A stretch of 64,000 bases of DNA from a virus (IMGVR_UViG_3300028048_001599), one strand, 5' to 3'; positions 11,501 through 20,202 are shown, counted from the stretch's first letter. Notes: generated by a model not told the origin, from the letters alone. A program made the numbers and translations.

Positions 11501-12090
11501 CTCCGAAAAATATGAGGAAAATAGTAACAGGGGTAGAAAAGATAGTATCACTTGCTGTTCCATCTAACTCAAAGTCACTTCAGGATACTGCTAAGTCCTT
11601 TGAAGACATCTTGAATAATTATGAAGCCGACATTGATTATGATTACAGTACTCGTCTACTTAAACTTGTGTCTATGTTGGACTCACTTGTTCAGATAGAT
11701 ACACCTGTATCGATGTCTGACTTGCGTTCAATATTAGGTATCGAATCGGAGGATGGTATAACAAATAAGTACTTCCTTAGTGACGGGGTATCGGGTTTAT
11801 TACTTGAAGATATTCAGACAGACCTTAACACTATAACACTTACCGTATCTGATGGTAGTCCTGTTCATGATTATTTATCACAGTTAATTCAAGGTAAAGC
11901 TCTTAATATGTCAACATCAACTATTTTATATGTAGCTCAGGACACCGGTTCTCTTGATTGCTTAGCTTCAAAATACGGGGTAACAATAGTTATAACCGAA
12001 GAAAAAGGCAATAAAATCACAGCAACTATAGTAATAAATGGCAAAATCAGTGATGTATTGTTTTACTTAGACAATAATAAAGAAATGTAA
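8527..12090 (+). CDS. MmeI-like Type IIL restriction endonuclease-N6-adenine methyltransferase with an extra C-terminal extension
   Basis: PD-(D/E)XK-like IDGYI...LIEMKS. FPYVNGGLF. Motif I FLDPACGSGNFL. Motif IV GNPPF. MmeI-type tail LADLYDPENMPDDLRKAHKEND. About 270 further residues. The start may be ATG 8539. Confidence 0.85.
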   Translation: MFKDMSKLIKDFMEKWSTRGSEKSESQSYWIELLQTLGVQKPTNFIQFEKTVKDGRNTIYIDGYIPKTKVLIEMKSSTINLDDKLVQSNGDKLTPFEQAQKYIVHLPRSEHPRYVVTCNFKEIRVYDMENPNNAPVSIFINELNTQSYRLSFLIKEDNVHLERQVKVSKEAVQLISKLYDAFSKQYKTINEETSRNLNILCVRIVFCLFADDSGLFEKNQFINFIQNSNVGLARQNLINLFKVLDTDEKDRDPYDTSGINSFPYVNGGLFKEVITIPTITEDMLETLVTVAEFDWSQISPTIFGSIFESTLSAKRRHENGMHYTSVVNIHKVIDNLFLDEFYAEFDRIRGIERKTLRSLELRKFQMKLATYKFLDPACGSGNFLTETYTCIRRLENEIIREIRKCDTSLFPSTESPIKVNIHQFYGIEIDDFAVSVARTALWIAEAQMFEETKDIGFDIDFFPLKSNNNIVEGNALRIDWAEVVGGVDTLNYIIGNPPFLGSKKMSKEQHSEVNSIFDKKEWSRSGNFDYVLCWFKKAVDMMLKNNKIKAALVATNSICQGEPVGTFWKRAIGLGININFAYTSFLWDNGADLEASVFVVIVGFDTNNESNKYIIDSNGFVSEANNISPYLIDADDAIVETTNVPLCNVPKMSFGCMAYDDGYLSKISVEDKKDICNKYPESEKYFRRILSGLEYLHNKERWCLWLEDVEIDELKGIPPIYERVESVRSYRLSSKSKATFEAAHTPTLFLIRKQPRSNYLAVPMVSSEKRKYIPVEYMTNDEIVLNTIYYIEDAPKWLFSIMTADLHTIWVHLVCARMKKDIHYSSTICYNAFPFITPTPEEENKLTELANNILQARANHPNKSLADLYDPENMPDDLRKAHKENDIYVRSLYGFKPDDTKEHILAGLLTCYKALSTGQIPEGWINVKKTNFVNKELEKPVTRAISIISKAKSIVDHRISELKPTDNTYGMLSFISNKLKNFYSILTTVDFTPKNMRKIVTGVEKIVSLAVPSNSKSLQDTAKSFEDILNNYEADIDYDYSTRLLKLVSMLDSLVQIDTPVSMSDLRSILGIESEDGITNKYFLSDGVSGLLLEDIQTDLNTITLTVSDGSPVHDYLSQLIQGKALNMSTSTILYVAQDTGSLDCLASKYGVTIVITEEKGNKITATIVINGKISDVLFYLDNNKEM

Positions 12091-12099
12091 TATCAATAG

Positions 12100-12133
12100 A
12101 AGGTATATTTGACTTGTTCAGGTATACCTTTTT
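12100..12133 (+). terminator. Hairpin/terminator after the RM gene (copy 1 of twin hairpin)
   Basis: AAGGTATATTTGA/TCAGGTATACCTT stem with two G-U pairs, plus T tract. Confidence 0.7.
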
Positions 12134-12146
12134 AAACTGATAAATC

Positions 12147-12194
12147 TCAAACACTCAAACACTCAAACATTCAAGCACTCAAACATTCAAGCAC
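12147..12194. repeat. Six tandem 8-bp repeats TCAARCAY
   Basis: TCAAACAC TCAAACAC TCAAACAT TCAAGCAC TCAAACAT TCAAGCAC read directly; intergenic. Confidence 0.9.
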
Positions 12195-12244
12195 TGTGCC
12201 AAATTCTCAGGTATGTTTATATAAGTGAAGAAAAAGAAATAAAT

Positions 12245-12273
12245 GGGTATACTTGATAAATTCAGGTATACCT
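12245..12273. repeat. Hairpin, copy 2 of twin hairpin
   Basis: GGGTATACTTGA/TCAGGTATACCT. Shares TTCAGGTATACCT exactly with 12117-12129. Confidence 0.75.
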
Positions 12274-12348
12274 CTATTCATTTTTCAACATGAGTTATTT
12301 TGTCATCACTCACGTTCATAATTAACAATAATTTCAAGGAGTGATAAT

Positions 12349-12657
12349 ATGAATTACTTATCTCCAATAATAGGATTGAACAGAAATCAGATATCAGCAC
12401 TAAATCCTAATGATTGGTGTATATTTCAAGATTTAAGTTTCAACGGTTACAGTTATCTTTATCTTATGGTTTGTGCTCCAACACTTCAAGGTTTTAAATC
12501 GAGACGTGAAGCTTTGGCAGTACTTACAAAGTATGGCGTTCGTAACACACGTGAGAACTCACAGCAAGTAAGAGTTGGTGTATTTACAATAAGAGAAGTA
12601 GCGAACATGTTCATGAATAAGGCATACCAAGTAGTTGGGGTTGATTTGCAGATTTAG
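12349..12657 (+). CDS. Hypothetical protein
   Basis: RBS AAGGAGTGA; 102 aa. Confidence 0.7.
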   Translation: MNYLSPIIGLNRNQISALNPNDWCIFQDLSFNGYSYLYLMVCAPTLQGFKSRREALAVLTKYGVRNTRENSQQVRVGVFTIREVANMFMNKAYQVVGVDLQI

Positions 12658-12770
12658 GATTCTGAAAATACTTGAAAGGTGTTTACAGAATTTTCAATTT
12701 TAGGTTTTTACGTTGTCGAAACTAACAAAATTTTGTATGTCAATTTGTTGCTATTTTTATTATTTAACTG

Positions 12771-12799
12771 TTGATTTTTTCTATTTTTTGTTGTATAAT
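12771..12799 (+). promoter_or_regulatory. Sigma-A-type promoter of the HTH-tnpB cassette
   Basis: TTGATT-17 bp-TATAAT. Confidence 0.65.
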
Positions 12800-12831
12800 A
12801 GAATAAATTGAAAGAAAGTGGTGAGTGGTTT

Positions 12832-13101
12832 ATGAAAAAACCTACAAAATTGCAATACTATAGGAAATTTGTGAATGGGTTTACAGTAAACGAATTATCA
12901 GCTATAACAGGTATAACAGTAAGTTCAATAAATAAGTACGAAACAGGGGTAATGGATTTGAATAATGCATCTATTACTATTGTTAAAAGACTTGCAAGAG
13001 CATTAAATTGTACAACAGATGATTTAACAGACTCACTTGATGACATAGACAAGGGGTTGAATAGTTATGATAAGAACAGTAACAATAAGGTTAAGACCTG
13101 A
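12832..13101 (+). CDS. XRE/Cro-family helix-turn-helix regulator
   Basis: LQYYRKFVNGFTVNELSAITGITVSSINKYETG...VKRLARALNCTTDDL, a classic HTH_3 pattern. Overlaps tnpB by 35 bp. Confidence 0.85.
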   Translation: MKKPTKLQYYRKFVNGFTVNELSAITGITVSSINKYETGVMDLNNASITIVKRLARALNCTTDDLTDSLDDIDKGLNSYDKNSNNKVKT

Positions 13102-14182
13102 TAAACTACAAAGTAATAAAATGATGCGAATAGCTGGTTGTAGTAGGTTTTGTTATAATGAACTCCTTAAATATTGGGATTCATATTATACTGAAGTAGA
13201 TTGTAGTCCATCTGTATATGAATTGCGCGATTATGTAACAATGTTAAAACAACAATACGTGTGGTTAAATGAGTTACCATATCACACGATGAATGGAGTA
13301 ATAAAGAACTTACAGACTGCATTTAGTAAATTCTTCAAAAATAAAATTGACCATCCTTCTATACATAAGAGGAATAGTAACCATATATCCTTTCCCATTA
13401 GGACAGATAGGATAAAATTTTGTGGTAATGTTATAGTAATTCCGAGCATAGGAAGAATGAGATTCAAGAACATATCTAAGTATGAATTAAATGGTATAAA
13501 AACCGCGTCACTTGTGTATGATGGTTTATGTTGGTACTTAAAAATAGCAACATGTGTATATACTAACACATGTTGTCAAAAACAAGGTAAGATAGGTATA
13601 GACTTGGGGTATCGAACACTTGCAAGTGCCTACGATGGAACTGATACTTACACCTATGAAAACATAATGAATGAAGATGAGACTGAGGGTTCTGACCATA
13701 TACAAAAGTTAGAAAAAAGACTACAAGTCATAGATAAAATAATCTCAGATAAAAAGAAACTCAATAAAACATCAAATAACATAAATAAGTTATATTATAA
13801 ACGTGCGAAACTAAAAAGACGTATGGCAAATATACAAAGAACATATCAGCATATTATATCAAAGTATATTATAAGTAGACGACCTATGAAGATTATATTT
13901 GAAACATTAGATATATCAGAACAAAAAGCAAAGGATAATATACTACCCAATAGATATAAATTGACTGCATTGTACCAATTCTACACATTTATAATATACA
14001 AGGCTGAGGAATTAGGTATACAGATTATTCGTGTTGATAAATATTATCCATCAACAAAGCGATGTTGTAAATGTGGTGCAATAAATGAAGTTGGTGTAAG
14101 TAAGGTATATACATGTAAAAATTGTAATCTGAAGATAGATAGGGATATAAATGCTTCAATAAACTTATATAATTATGTTTAA
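13067..14182 (+). CDS. tnpB: TnpB-family RNA-guided endonuclease with the RuvC triad apparently intact
   Basis: N-terminal TIRLRPDK...GCSRFCYNELL. RuvC-I GIDLG, RuvC-II IIFETL, Zn finger CCKC...CKNC, RuvC-III DRDINASINL. Confidence 0.9.
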   Translation: MIRTVTIRLRPDKLQSNKMMRIAGCSRFCYNELLKYWDSYYTEVDCSPSVYELRDYVTMLKQQYVWLNELPYHTMNGVIKNLQTAFSKFFKNKIDHPSIHKRNSNHISFPIRTDRIKFCGNVIVIPSIGRMRFKNISKYELNGIKTASLVYDGLCWYLKIATCVYTNTCCQKQGKIGIDLGYRTLASAYDGTDTYTYENIMNEDETEGSDHIQKLEKRLQVIDKIISDKKKLNKTSNNINKLYYKRAKLKRRMANIQRTYQHIISKYIISRRPMKIIFETLDISEQKAKDNILPNRYKLTALYQFYTFIIYKAEELGIQIIRVDKYYPSTKRCCKCGAINEVGVSKVYTCKNCNLKIDRDINASINLYNYV

Positions 14183-14315
14183 TGTCTAAATAACACAGAT
14201 AATAGCAATAAACAGTCGTTTCCGTAACACGACTGTATAAATTAGCCTATAACATAGGTAGGTTGCTTTCACGCAACGGTAAAGTTGATTTTTCAATATT
14301 TTCAATTTTATTTTA
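14183..14315 (+). ncRNA. Putative TnpB omega-RNA/right-end RNA
   Basis: Consecutive hairpins directly after the tnpB stop: ACAGTCGT/ACGACTGT (14212-14236), CCTAT/ATAGG (14246-14258), GTTGC/GCAAC (14262-14277) and TTGA/TCAA ending at 14296. Confidence 0.55.
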
Positions 14316-14326
14316 CGGTGATTTAG

Positions 14327-14668
14327 ATGGATATTAAGACTGAAGTTAGAAAAAATATCGTCATAACCAATAAGTTATCTACACACCTTATGAAATTGTA
14401 CGGTAGAGAACTACCAAACGGTACTACGGAATATTACTACATAGATCGAAAATGGTACTATCACAAGTTAGTTATTGTATCATCAACAATCAAAGAAAAT
14501 GGGGTAAATAGACACTACATCATGGATATAAAATGTAATAATGCAGTAGGTTTCGCCGAAATGTCAGGTGAAATATATTACGGTATTGAAAGAATAGCAA
14601 CATTAAGTAATTGTATTCAATACTTAAGAATGAATTACGGAAAACTAGTCAAAAAGGAAACAATATAA
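14327..14668 (+). CDS. Hypothetical protein
   Basis: ORF with RBS-like GGTGA; 113 aa. Confidence 0.65.
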   Translation: MDIKTEVRKNIVITNKLSTHLMKLYGRELPNGTTEYYYIDRKWYYHKLVIVSSTIKENGVNRHYIMDIKCNNAVGFAEMSGEIYYGIERIATLSNCIQYLRMNYGKLVKKETI

Positions 14669-14672
14669 AGGA

Positions 14673-15137
14673 GTGAAAACAATGACAAAGGAAGAACGTA
14701 TAAGTTTAGCATGTAACATAATAAATAAAAACGAGAGTGTTGGCAAATCTACGATACTGAATTATAAGTTCACTAATTCAAAGTCCCATGGATTACCTGT
14801 ATGTACATTAAGACTCGGAGATTCTTGGGTTGTGACCCATAGTGGTACAGGTTGTGACTTGTTAGGTGGTTGTCTTGGTGATATAATTGCGGAGTTAGGA
14901 CGTAAACAACTTAAGGCTATAGCGATTAAAAATGGTACTTACGGTTATGGCTCAGTAAACGGGGTATATGGTCTGTCATACTACAATGATAAAGTCGAAA
15001 TAAACGGTCGAGCAGGGGTATCTGTCGTTGCAAATATAGCATCTCTTATCGGTTACACGATAGATATTAATAATTTCACTTCTAACGGAAGACCAATAAA
15101 AAATGGTGGTATGATTCGCATTAAAAAGCAAGGTTAA
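14673..15137 (+). CDS. Hypothetical protein, paralog of 24552-25043
   Basis: Shares KS(H/D)GLPV...CDL...I.EL and a late (L/I)GY(T/S) with 24552. The start may be ATG 14682. Confidence 0.7.
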   Translation: MKTMTKEERISLACNIINKNESVGKSTILNYKFTNSKSHGLPVCTLRLGDSWVVTHSGTGCDLLGGCLGDIIAELGRKQLKAIAIKNGTYGYGSVNGVYGLSYYNDKVEINGRAGVSVVANIASLIGYTIDINNFTSNGRPIKNGGMIRIKKQG

Positions 15138-15311
15138 TTTTTCAAAAGTTTTCTTAACTTCTGAAAAATCAGATTACATGAAGAATTTACAAGTTTAAAA
15201 ACCTATCAACTTTTATAGTTTAAACTATTGTAACTTTTTCTAATTTTAACCTCGTTCGTCTGATGTTGAATTGATGGTATCAAATAATTTACAGTAGAAT
15301 TATTTTAATAA

Positions 15312-15701
15312 TTGTTATTTTTCAAACTACATGGGGAGATGATTATTTTGGACATTAAGATTGTAGAAGTAACCACAAAAAGAGACTTGGACAGTTTATA
15401 TGACGACTGGGCTCTAACACTTGAAGGTTTGGATTTAGCAAGTATCCCCGAATTTGTAAACTGGGTCATGCAATATACAACATTTAAAAGTGCTACAGTT
15501 AGAGTATATGTAACAAGAGGTGCTACAATGAATAAGTATTATGGTTTAAGTGGTAACAATCGTTATCCCGATGATTTAAACATAGTTTCAATCAAGAACT
15601 CATCAATGGTCAACAGTAATGCTGTTGCTATACCCAGATTTCAAGTAGGAGGACGTTGGTTCACGGATATAGTTGATAATAACGCAGTTCGCAATAATTA
15701 A
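15312..15701 (+). CDS. Hypothetical protein
   Basis: Globular-looking ORF (NKYYGLSGNNRYPDDLNIVSI...RWFTDIVDNN). The true start is probably about 30 nt downstream, after GGGGAGA. Confidence 0.7.
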   Translation: MLFFKLHGEMIILDIKIVEVTTKRDLDSLYDDWALTLEGLDLASIPEFVNWVMQYTTFKSATVRVYVTRGATMNKYYGLSGNNRYPDDLNIVSIKNSSMVNSNAVAIPRFQVGGRWFTDIVDNNAVRNN

Positions 15702-15754
15702 TACGTTATCTTATTATAATAAAAAGGTTTTTTCCAAATAATTTTAAGAAAGGG

Positions 15755-16693
15755 ATGTTTTATATGACTAAAATGAAATCAAGAATCTGTGCAGGGTTAC
15801 TGGCAGTATTAACTCTTGTAGGTACATCAGCAGCATTAGGGGTAGTACCTGGTATTACTACAGAAAACAGTTTATCAATCACAGCTGATGCAGCCACAGT
15901 GCTTCCTACAAAGAAACTTACGAACAATGCATATCTTGCTATTTATGACACAAATACATCGAATGTTCTTAGGGGGTACATTGATGGAAAGTTCACACTC
16001 AAATCTGTAACTGGTGCAACGAGTATAATTAAAAGCAAACAGATTAAGTACGACTCAAAAACCAACAGAACAAATGTCACTGTTACTTTAAATGTAAAAC
16101 CTTATAATAATTACAAGGCTTATTTTAATGGAACAGTAACAAAAGGTGGTAAGACATCTAATATGAAGTTTATTGTAGAGAACCATCTTCATTGGACTGA
16201 TAATGTAGTGCAATATTACGGGGTAGGTTATAAAAATGGTAAACCTGAATCTCAGTTTATACCTGAAGGTATTTGCGATTACCCATCAGAAATATCACCG
16301 TTAAAATCATCAGTTGTTAGGTTATGCACAATGACGGACAGTAAAGGTAAAATAACTGACGTTAGTGTAACTGCACTCAAGGCTGGAACAGTAAACATTA
16401 ATAAGGTATATTCAAGTGCAGGGGTACTTTATACACAAACTATAAAGGTTGTTTCAGGCAAAGTTTACAAGTCAAACAAAACCTTAAACGTAAAGAAATC
16501 TTGGACAAACAAGGCTAGTATGGATATTAGGAGCATTAAAGTTTCCAATAAACACGTATTTGCAGTTCAGGACTTCGACTTTAGTAAAGACTTGAAAACT
16601 TACATAGTAAGGGGAGTATCAAAAGGTACTGCAAAGGTAACTGTATGGTATATGAACGGTAGTAGGTCTGAAATAACTGTCACTGTTAAATAA
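15755..16693 (+). CDS. Secreted basic protein with Ig-like (Big_2-like) segments
   Basis: Signal peptide ending SITADAA. Segments VTALKAGTVNI and VRGVSKGTAKVTV...ITVTVK. Confidence 0.7.
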   Translation: MFYMTKMKSRICAGLLAVLTLVGTSAALGVVPGITTENSLSITADAATVLPTKKLTNNAYLAIYDTNTSNVLRGYIDGKFTLKSVTGATSIIKSKQIKYDSKTNRTNVTVTLNVKPYNNYKAYFNGTVTKGGKTSNMKFIVENHLHWTDNVVQYYGVGYKNGKPESQFIPEGICDYPSEISPLKSSVVRLCTMTDSKGKITDVSVTALKAGTVNINKVYSSAGVLYTQTIKVVSGKVYKSNKTLNVKKSWTNKASMDIRSIKVSNKHVFAVQDFDFSKDLKTYIVRGVSKGTAKVTVWYMNGSRSEITVTVK

Positions 16694-16715
16694 CAAATAA
16701 TTACACGTATAGTAT

Positions 16716-16751
16716 CAAGAAAACCAACGAGATAACTCGTTGGTTTTCTTG
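16716..16751. terminator. Perfect 16-bp hairpin (possibly bidirectional terminator)
   Basis: CAAGAAAACCAACGAG-ATAA-CTCGTTGGTTTTCTTG. Confidence 0.8.
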
Positions 16752-16765
16752 GGGTATGACTGGAG

Positions 16766-17704
16766 GTGTTATCTATGTACTTTATTGTGGGAAAGAACAT
16801 AGACTCGCATGGTGATTTACTTTCATATATTGTATCAGACGGTAATAATATAGCTATTGCACATATTAACGAAATATGTTCTCAATTCAAATGTGGTAAT
16901 TTACCTATGGTTGATAGTATAGATATGTATACAGGTGAAGTACATTTTAAAAACATAGATAACAAATTGTTGCCAACATATGACTATGATAAATTGACCA
17001 CAAATACATTGTCTGTACTAAAAATATACCATATGGGAGAAAAGCAAATAGGAGTAAAAATCTTAACACCTAAGTTGACTTTATCAAACATTCGCATATT
17101 CGTATTAAAACGATTATTAGACACTCATAATATCAAGCTATTCAATGTAAAGATAGTGGACGGGGTAGTAATTCCTAAATTCGGTAAACTACCAGTTGAG
17201 GACGTGCTAAAATTACCTGAATGTATTACCTTTGAGTTTCATGAAATAACAGATGAAATAGTTACGGTGAAAGTAAACTCAGAAACAAGTAAGTATCAAT
17301 ACATGACCGTAACACGTGGTGGATACTCTGACAGTCGGTATAACACGGTGTCAAGAACCTATACGGTATTGTGTAAGGATGGTAGTACGCAAATATTCAA
17401 CGAATCCGACAATGTTAGTTCTGATTTACTTAAATTAAAGAAACTAGTCGTAAAATTTATAAATAAGAATATAATGCTTGAATACACGGGGTTCATTCCT
17501 CGTGGAGCATATATTTATGAAAATAAACCTGGTTTGTGGACTTTACAAATCGGACCTGCACGACATCAGGTAGAGTCTGATAATATACAACATACTGTAA
17601 AGCAGTGTGAGAAGTTTGTAACAGCTGACGCGTGGAAAAGGGGTAGCACTCAGGTGGGTTCTCCCTGTTGGGAAGCAATAAATCCAAAGTTTACATTAAG
17701 GTAG
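16766..17704 (+). CDS. Hypothetical protein; N-terminal half paralogous to 24112-24555
   Basis: RBS GGAGG. NVKIVDGVVIPKFG versus NAKVMNGKIVPRYG. Confidence 0.7.
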   Translation: MLSMYFIVGKNIDSHGDLLSYIVSDGNNIAIAHINEICSQFKCGNLPMVDSIDMYTGEVHFKNIDNKLLPTYDYDKLTTNTLSVLKIYHMGEKQIGVKILTPKLTLSNIRIFVLKRLLDTHNIKLFNVKIVDGVVIPKFGKLPVEDVLKLPECITFEFHEITDEIVTVKVNSETSKYQYMTVTRGGYSDSRYNTVSRTYTVLCKDGSTQIFNESDNVSSDLLKLKKLVVKFINKNIMLEYTGFIPRGAYIYENKPGLWTLQIGPARHQVESDNIQHTVKQCEKFVTADAWKRGSTQVGSPCWEAINPKFTLR

Positions 17705-17711
17705 TGATAAA

Positions 17712-17954
17712 ATGACCGAGTGTCAGAAAAAATACGTGTTTTGTTTAACACTTTTTTCTGTGTTGTTATGTTTGACATTCACATCATTAGTACTTTGCAT
17801 GATAGCTGAGTTTACGATAGGAATAGTAATAACATCTGTTCTTCTTATGAATAATATAGGTTTAATAGTCTACTTTTTATGTTCTTCATATAAGAAAGAG
17901 CGAATGTACCTAAAGGTTCATAATAACAGGGGTGGTAGCGATGAAGGACATTAA
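17712..17954 (+). CDS. Small two-TM membrane protein
   Basis: Two hydrophobic stretches; 80 aa. Confidence 0.65.
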   Translation: MTECQKKYVFCLTLFSVLLCLTFTSLVLCMIAEFTIGIVITSVLLMNNIGLIVYFLCSSYKKERMYLKVHNNRGGSDEGH

Positions 17955-18318
17955 TTATTGAAAGTCTTTAGATGTAAAGAACTATAAGAAAGATTTCCGA
18001 ATAACTATCATGCTTGAAATATGTGTCTTACTAATAGGTTTGATACTTATTGTTTTTACTGCGATATGGCAATCAGCATATAATGACTTTATTAAGTCAG
18101 CAGACCAAGTACAGGCTTTGTGTACTAAGTCATGGAAAACTTATGAATTAAGGGGTTCTGGTGATGGGTATATAGACGATGTGTACCACGTGAACCTTGA
18201 ATATGAGTACAATGGAGTAAAATATACAAAGCTTGACTATAAAGACCACATGATAGATGGTAAAATTTACACGATATATGTAGACAAAAACAATCCTGAG
18301 TATATAATAGCTGAGTGA
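17941..18318 (+). pseudogene. DUF3592-like membrane protein gene with an in-frame TGA at codon 7 (alternatively an intact gene from ATG 18010)
   Basis: RBS GGGGTGG, then ATG 17941 MKDINY*KSLDVKNY..., in frame with 18010. TM plus YEYNGVKY...IYVDKNNPE. Confidence 0.5.
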
Positions 18319-18383
18319 GATGGACTATTTTTTGGTGATATAGACGCACCTTTACATGGTGACGTTTATAAATAAATTATGAG

Positions 18384-19331
18384 GTGATAAATATGAAAAT
18401 TGTAAAAAGAGCAGGTATAGTTTTGTTAGCAATGTTATTAGTAGGTGGGGTAGCACCAATAGCTGGTGTTGATACATTACCGCAGTATGGTATAACAGCA
18501 GATGCAGCCGTTTCTACCAAAAATATCAAGCTTAACATGGACACTTTTAAATCGTACAAATATTCAGGTAAATGTACAGCATCGTCAAGTAACTCAAAAG
18601 TTACAGTGTGTACTTCCTATGATAATTACAGTAAATCGACATGGGTTAGTATCTTTCCTGGATCATACAATGCTGGAACAGCAACTGTAACTGTAAAGAG
18701 AAATGGTACTGTAATTGAAAAGTTGAACGTTACAACAGTACTTGTTCGTAAATACGCTAATAATGTATCGTCATTAATAGCTAAATCAACAATGTCTAAA
18801 CCTGATGTAACTGCAAAACTGACTTCAGCAGCAAAATCAAAGATTGATAGTATAAAGAAGAAATGTAAAGGGGTACAAAGACTATCTAATATTTACTGGG
18901 TTCTTCGTAACTATGACTTAACATCTTCTGATGGCATATTTATAGGTGATCGTCAACTCGTAAATATGGCAGTATACTATGCTGGGTTATCGGGAAAGAT
19001 TCCGTATATACCAAAGGGTAATGCTGATTTACCTAAAGGTTTAAAGAGCTATACTGCATTTAAAGGCACTAATTACCCATCAGTAGGAAGTTTATTACTA
19101 TATAAGGATGGATCATCTGGTGTTAATAAATTATGCTATGTAAAAGCCGTTGACAAATCTAAAGGTACTATTACAACCTATGGAAACATAGCTGGACCTG
19201 AAGGTAGGATTTGGGTTTCTATAGATACATTCAAGATAGCAAATAAGTGTATGTATTTATACGAAAGTGTTGATGGTAAACCAAGATATCAAATAGTCGA
19301 CAATGTAGTATATGGAACACCTAAATGGTAA
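18384..19331 (+). CDS. Secreted protein with a degenerate CHAP-like C-terminus
   Basis: Signal ending GITADAA. PSVGSLLLY...LCYVKAVDKSKGTITTYGN resembles the CHAP beta-strands, but no catalytic Cys/His is evident. Confidence 0.6.
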   Translation: MINMKIVKRAGIVLLAMLLVGGVAPIAGVDTLPQYGITADAAVSTKNIKLNMDTFKSYKYSGKCTASSSNSKVTVCTSYDNYSKSTWVSIFPGSYNAGTATVTVKRNGTVIEKLNVTTVLVRKYANNVSSLIAKSTMSKPDVTAKLTSAAKSKIDSIKKKCKGVQRLSNIYWVLRNYDLTSSDGIFIGDRQLVNMAVYYAGLSGKIPYIPKGNADLPKGLKSYTAFKGTNYPSVGSLLLYKDGSSGVNKLCYVKAVDKSKGTITTYGNIAGPEGRIWVSIDTFKIANKCMYLYESVDGKPRYQIVDNVVYGTPKW

Positions 19332-19340
19332 TTATAACAC

Positions 19341-19376
19341 AAATATCGGGCATCTTACGGTGTCCGATATTTTTAT
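19341..19376 (+). terminator. Intrinsic terminator
   Basis: AAATATCGGGCATC/GGTGTCCGATATTT plus T tract. Confidence 0.75.
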
Positions 19377-19414
19377 ATTGTTTCTGTCGAGAGTAATAGA
19401 AAGGTGGTCATTTT

Positions 19415-19711
19415 ATGATTGGTTCAAGAAAAACAGGTTTACAAAAACTTGAGGAAATAATTTTAACATTGAAAAATGGTGGCACATATAGATGGATTGA
19501 CTGGAGATTCAATAATGTAGACATGCAGTGGCTTGAAGATGTATATCAAGGTTTATGTACTAAAGGTTGGGCTACTTATGGTGGTTTAGGAGACATTGAT
19601 AAAATTTTTGACAAATGTAAATTACCACATAGTGGGTATTATATGGGGCACATCGTGTTTTTAAACAAAGATGTTGAGAAACAAGTAAGAGCACAATTAA
19701 GTAATCAGTAA
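19415..19711 (+). CDS. Hypothetical protein
   Basis: RBS AAAGGTGG; 98 aa. Confidence 0.7.
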   Translation: MIGSRKTGLQKLEEIILTLKNGGTYRWIDWRFNNVDMQWLEDVYQGLCTKGWATYGGLGDIDKIFDKCKLPHSGYYMGHIVFLNKDVEKQVRAQLSNQ

Positions 19712-19728
19712 AACAACGGGGTGGTAGT

Positions 19729-20184
19729 ATGTATGCATCACAATTAGTAGAAAAATACAAAAGAATAGTACCATATTATAATGGTGGTAAGGACTTGTGT
19801 GTTTTAGCACATAAGAAAAAACTCATCACATTGGGAGAAATAAGGAAAACTGGATTTTATACTTGTTTAACTTTTTATAAATTATTTACTGAATATTTAA
19901 ATGACGGTTACTTATTTACTGATAACATGATTCTAACGAGGGACTACGTATTTGAGATGTATGATAAATTTGTAAATAGTTTATCAATTCAGCAACTCAG
20001 AAAACAGATGTTAATAATTGATACTGATGATATGTTTAGAGTATGGAAGCAGATAGATATAATAGACATATGCGGAGCGGGGTATCACTTCAATTATATT
20101 GATTTTGATATGCCTGATTATGATTATTTAAGTGTGGTAAATAAGATAGCGTGTGCAAATGAATATAATTTTAATTACTTTTAA
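19729..20184 (+). CDS. Hypothetical protein
   Basis: RBS GGGGTGG; 151 aa. Confidence 0.7.
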   Translation: MYASQLVEKYKRIVPYYNGGKDLCVLAHKKKLITLGEIRKTGFYTCLTFYKLFTEYLNDGYLFTDNMILTRDYVFEMYDKFVNSLSIQQLRKQMLIIDTDDMFRVWKQIDIIDICGAGYHFNYIDFDMPDYDYLSVVNKIACANEYNFNYF

Positions 20185-20202
20185 GTATAATATAACAGAA
20201 AA

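Noticed and set aside
8527-12090. GGGGTA as the recognition site of the MmeI-like enzyme
   Set aside because: MmeI-family sites usually specify a base after the target adenine, whereas the base after GGGGTA varies freely. RM sites are not usually enriched, and the specificity region looks recently swapped. Not fully excluded without methylome data.
12147-12194. Possible CRISPR array near tnpB
   Set aside because: Units are 8 bp and contiguous with no spacers. No 25-40 bp repeat-spacer pattern was seen anywhere in the window.
12690-12702. Self-target of the putative TnpB guide (ATTTTCAATTTTA also at 14298-14310)
   Set aside because: The 13-nt match is low-complexity AT-rich sequence and mismatches at the presumed first guide base, so chance cannot be excluded.
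13067-14182. Nuclease-dead TnpB (TldR-type repressor)
   Set aside because: All three RuvC acidic residues appear present (GIDLG, IFETL, RDIN).
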